DNA from: a bacterium
Lineage (GTDB): Bacteria; Patescibacteriota; Minisyncoccia; Phycocordibacterales; UBA9973
NCBI GenBank assembly: GCA_021831595.1
Contig: JAKBMK010000025.1
Location: 1 to 61,113, forward strand
Reading direction: 5' to 3'
Length of the DNA stretch: 61,113 nt
Positions 60,820 to 61,113 of this stretch are shown in pieces. Below the pieces are notes generated by a model. It saw nothing but the letters and a program-made list of their open reading frames with translations. It was not told the origin of the DNA and searched no databases. Within the stretch, counting starts at the first letter, position 1. Each line of letters starts with the position of its first letter. A program made the position numbers and the translations under genes.

Positions 60820-61113
60820 ATGGATAAATCTATTTACGACGAAGCATACAAAAAGTTAAATAAAGCCCAAAAAGAAGCCGTAGAAACGATAGACGGCCCT
60901 GTGATGGTGGTAGCTGGTCCTGGAACGGGGAAAACTCAGATTCTAGCTCTGCGTATAGGGAATATTCTAAAGAAGACCGATACAACAGCTGATAGTATCC
61001 TTTGTCTTACTTTCACTAATTCTGGTGTCAGTGCGATGAAGAATAGATTAGAAGACTATATAGGCCCTCTAGCTAGAAATGTCAGTATATCTACCTTTCA
61101 CTCTTTTGCTTAC
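60820..61113 (+). CDS. UvrD/PcrA-like helicase (runs off window end)
   Basis: LNKAQKEAVETIDGPVMVVAGPGTGKTQIL, LCLTFTN and STFHSF. Confidence 0.92.
   Translation, partial: MDKSIYDEAYKKLNKAQKEAVETIDGPVMVVAGPGTGKTQILALRIGNILKKTDTTADSILCLTFTNSGVSAMKNRLEDYIGPLARNVSISTFHSFAY

Overview
A 61-kb chromosomal window from an AT-rich bacterium using standard code 11. It is most likely Patescibacteria/CPR (Parcubacteria-like). This is inferred from secE-nusG-rplK with no rplA, an unlinked and intron-containing 23S-5S unit, a non-canonical EF-P tip and pervasive SD-less starts. Housekeeping genes include secE, nusG, rplK, efp, recA, ftsK, rplJ, rplL, rodA, folD, secD, secF, lemA, htpX, pyk, murI, tRNA-Ser(GGA), 23S rRNA with a 480-nt ORF-less group I intron at L2593, and 5S rRNA. 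They surround a mosaic surface-protein/glycan locus at about 11.8-30.7 kb. Five kinds of structure stand out. (1) A family of terminal-inverted-repeat elements: two carry a small GIY-YIG nuclease gene and two are ~120-bp empty copies. Three of the four sit exactly at a start codon (rplL, ftsK, an HTH gene) and rebuild the ATG. (2) Two RAYT-type Y1 transposases with at least 20 REP-like hairpins, which mark gene truncations, an inverted-repeat-flanked glycosyltransferase and two duplicated gene 3' ends. (3) A small promoter-driven structured RNA facing a NYN nuclease gene, with an orphan second copy. (4) A ~700-nt structured leader with three matching loop motifs upstream of the S-layer-like gene. 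(5) Heptamer TAG-periodic repeats, one set inside the rRNA intron. All calls come from reading the sequence by eye, and no database searches were run.
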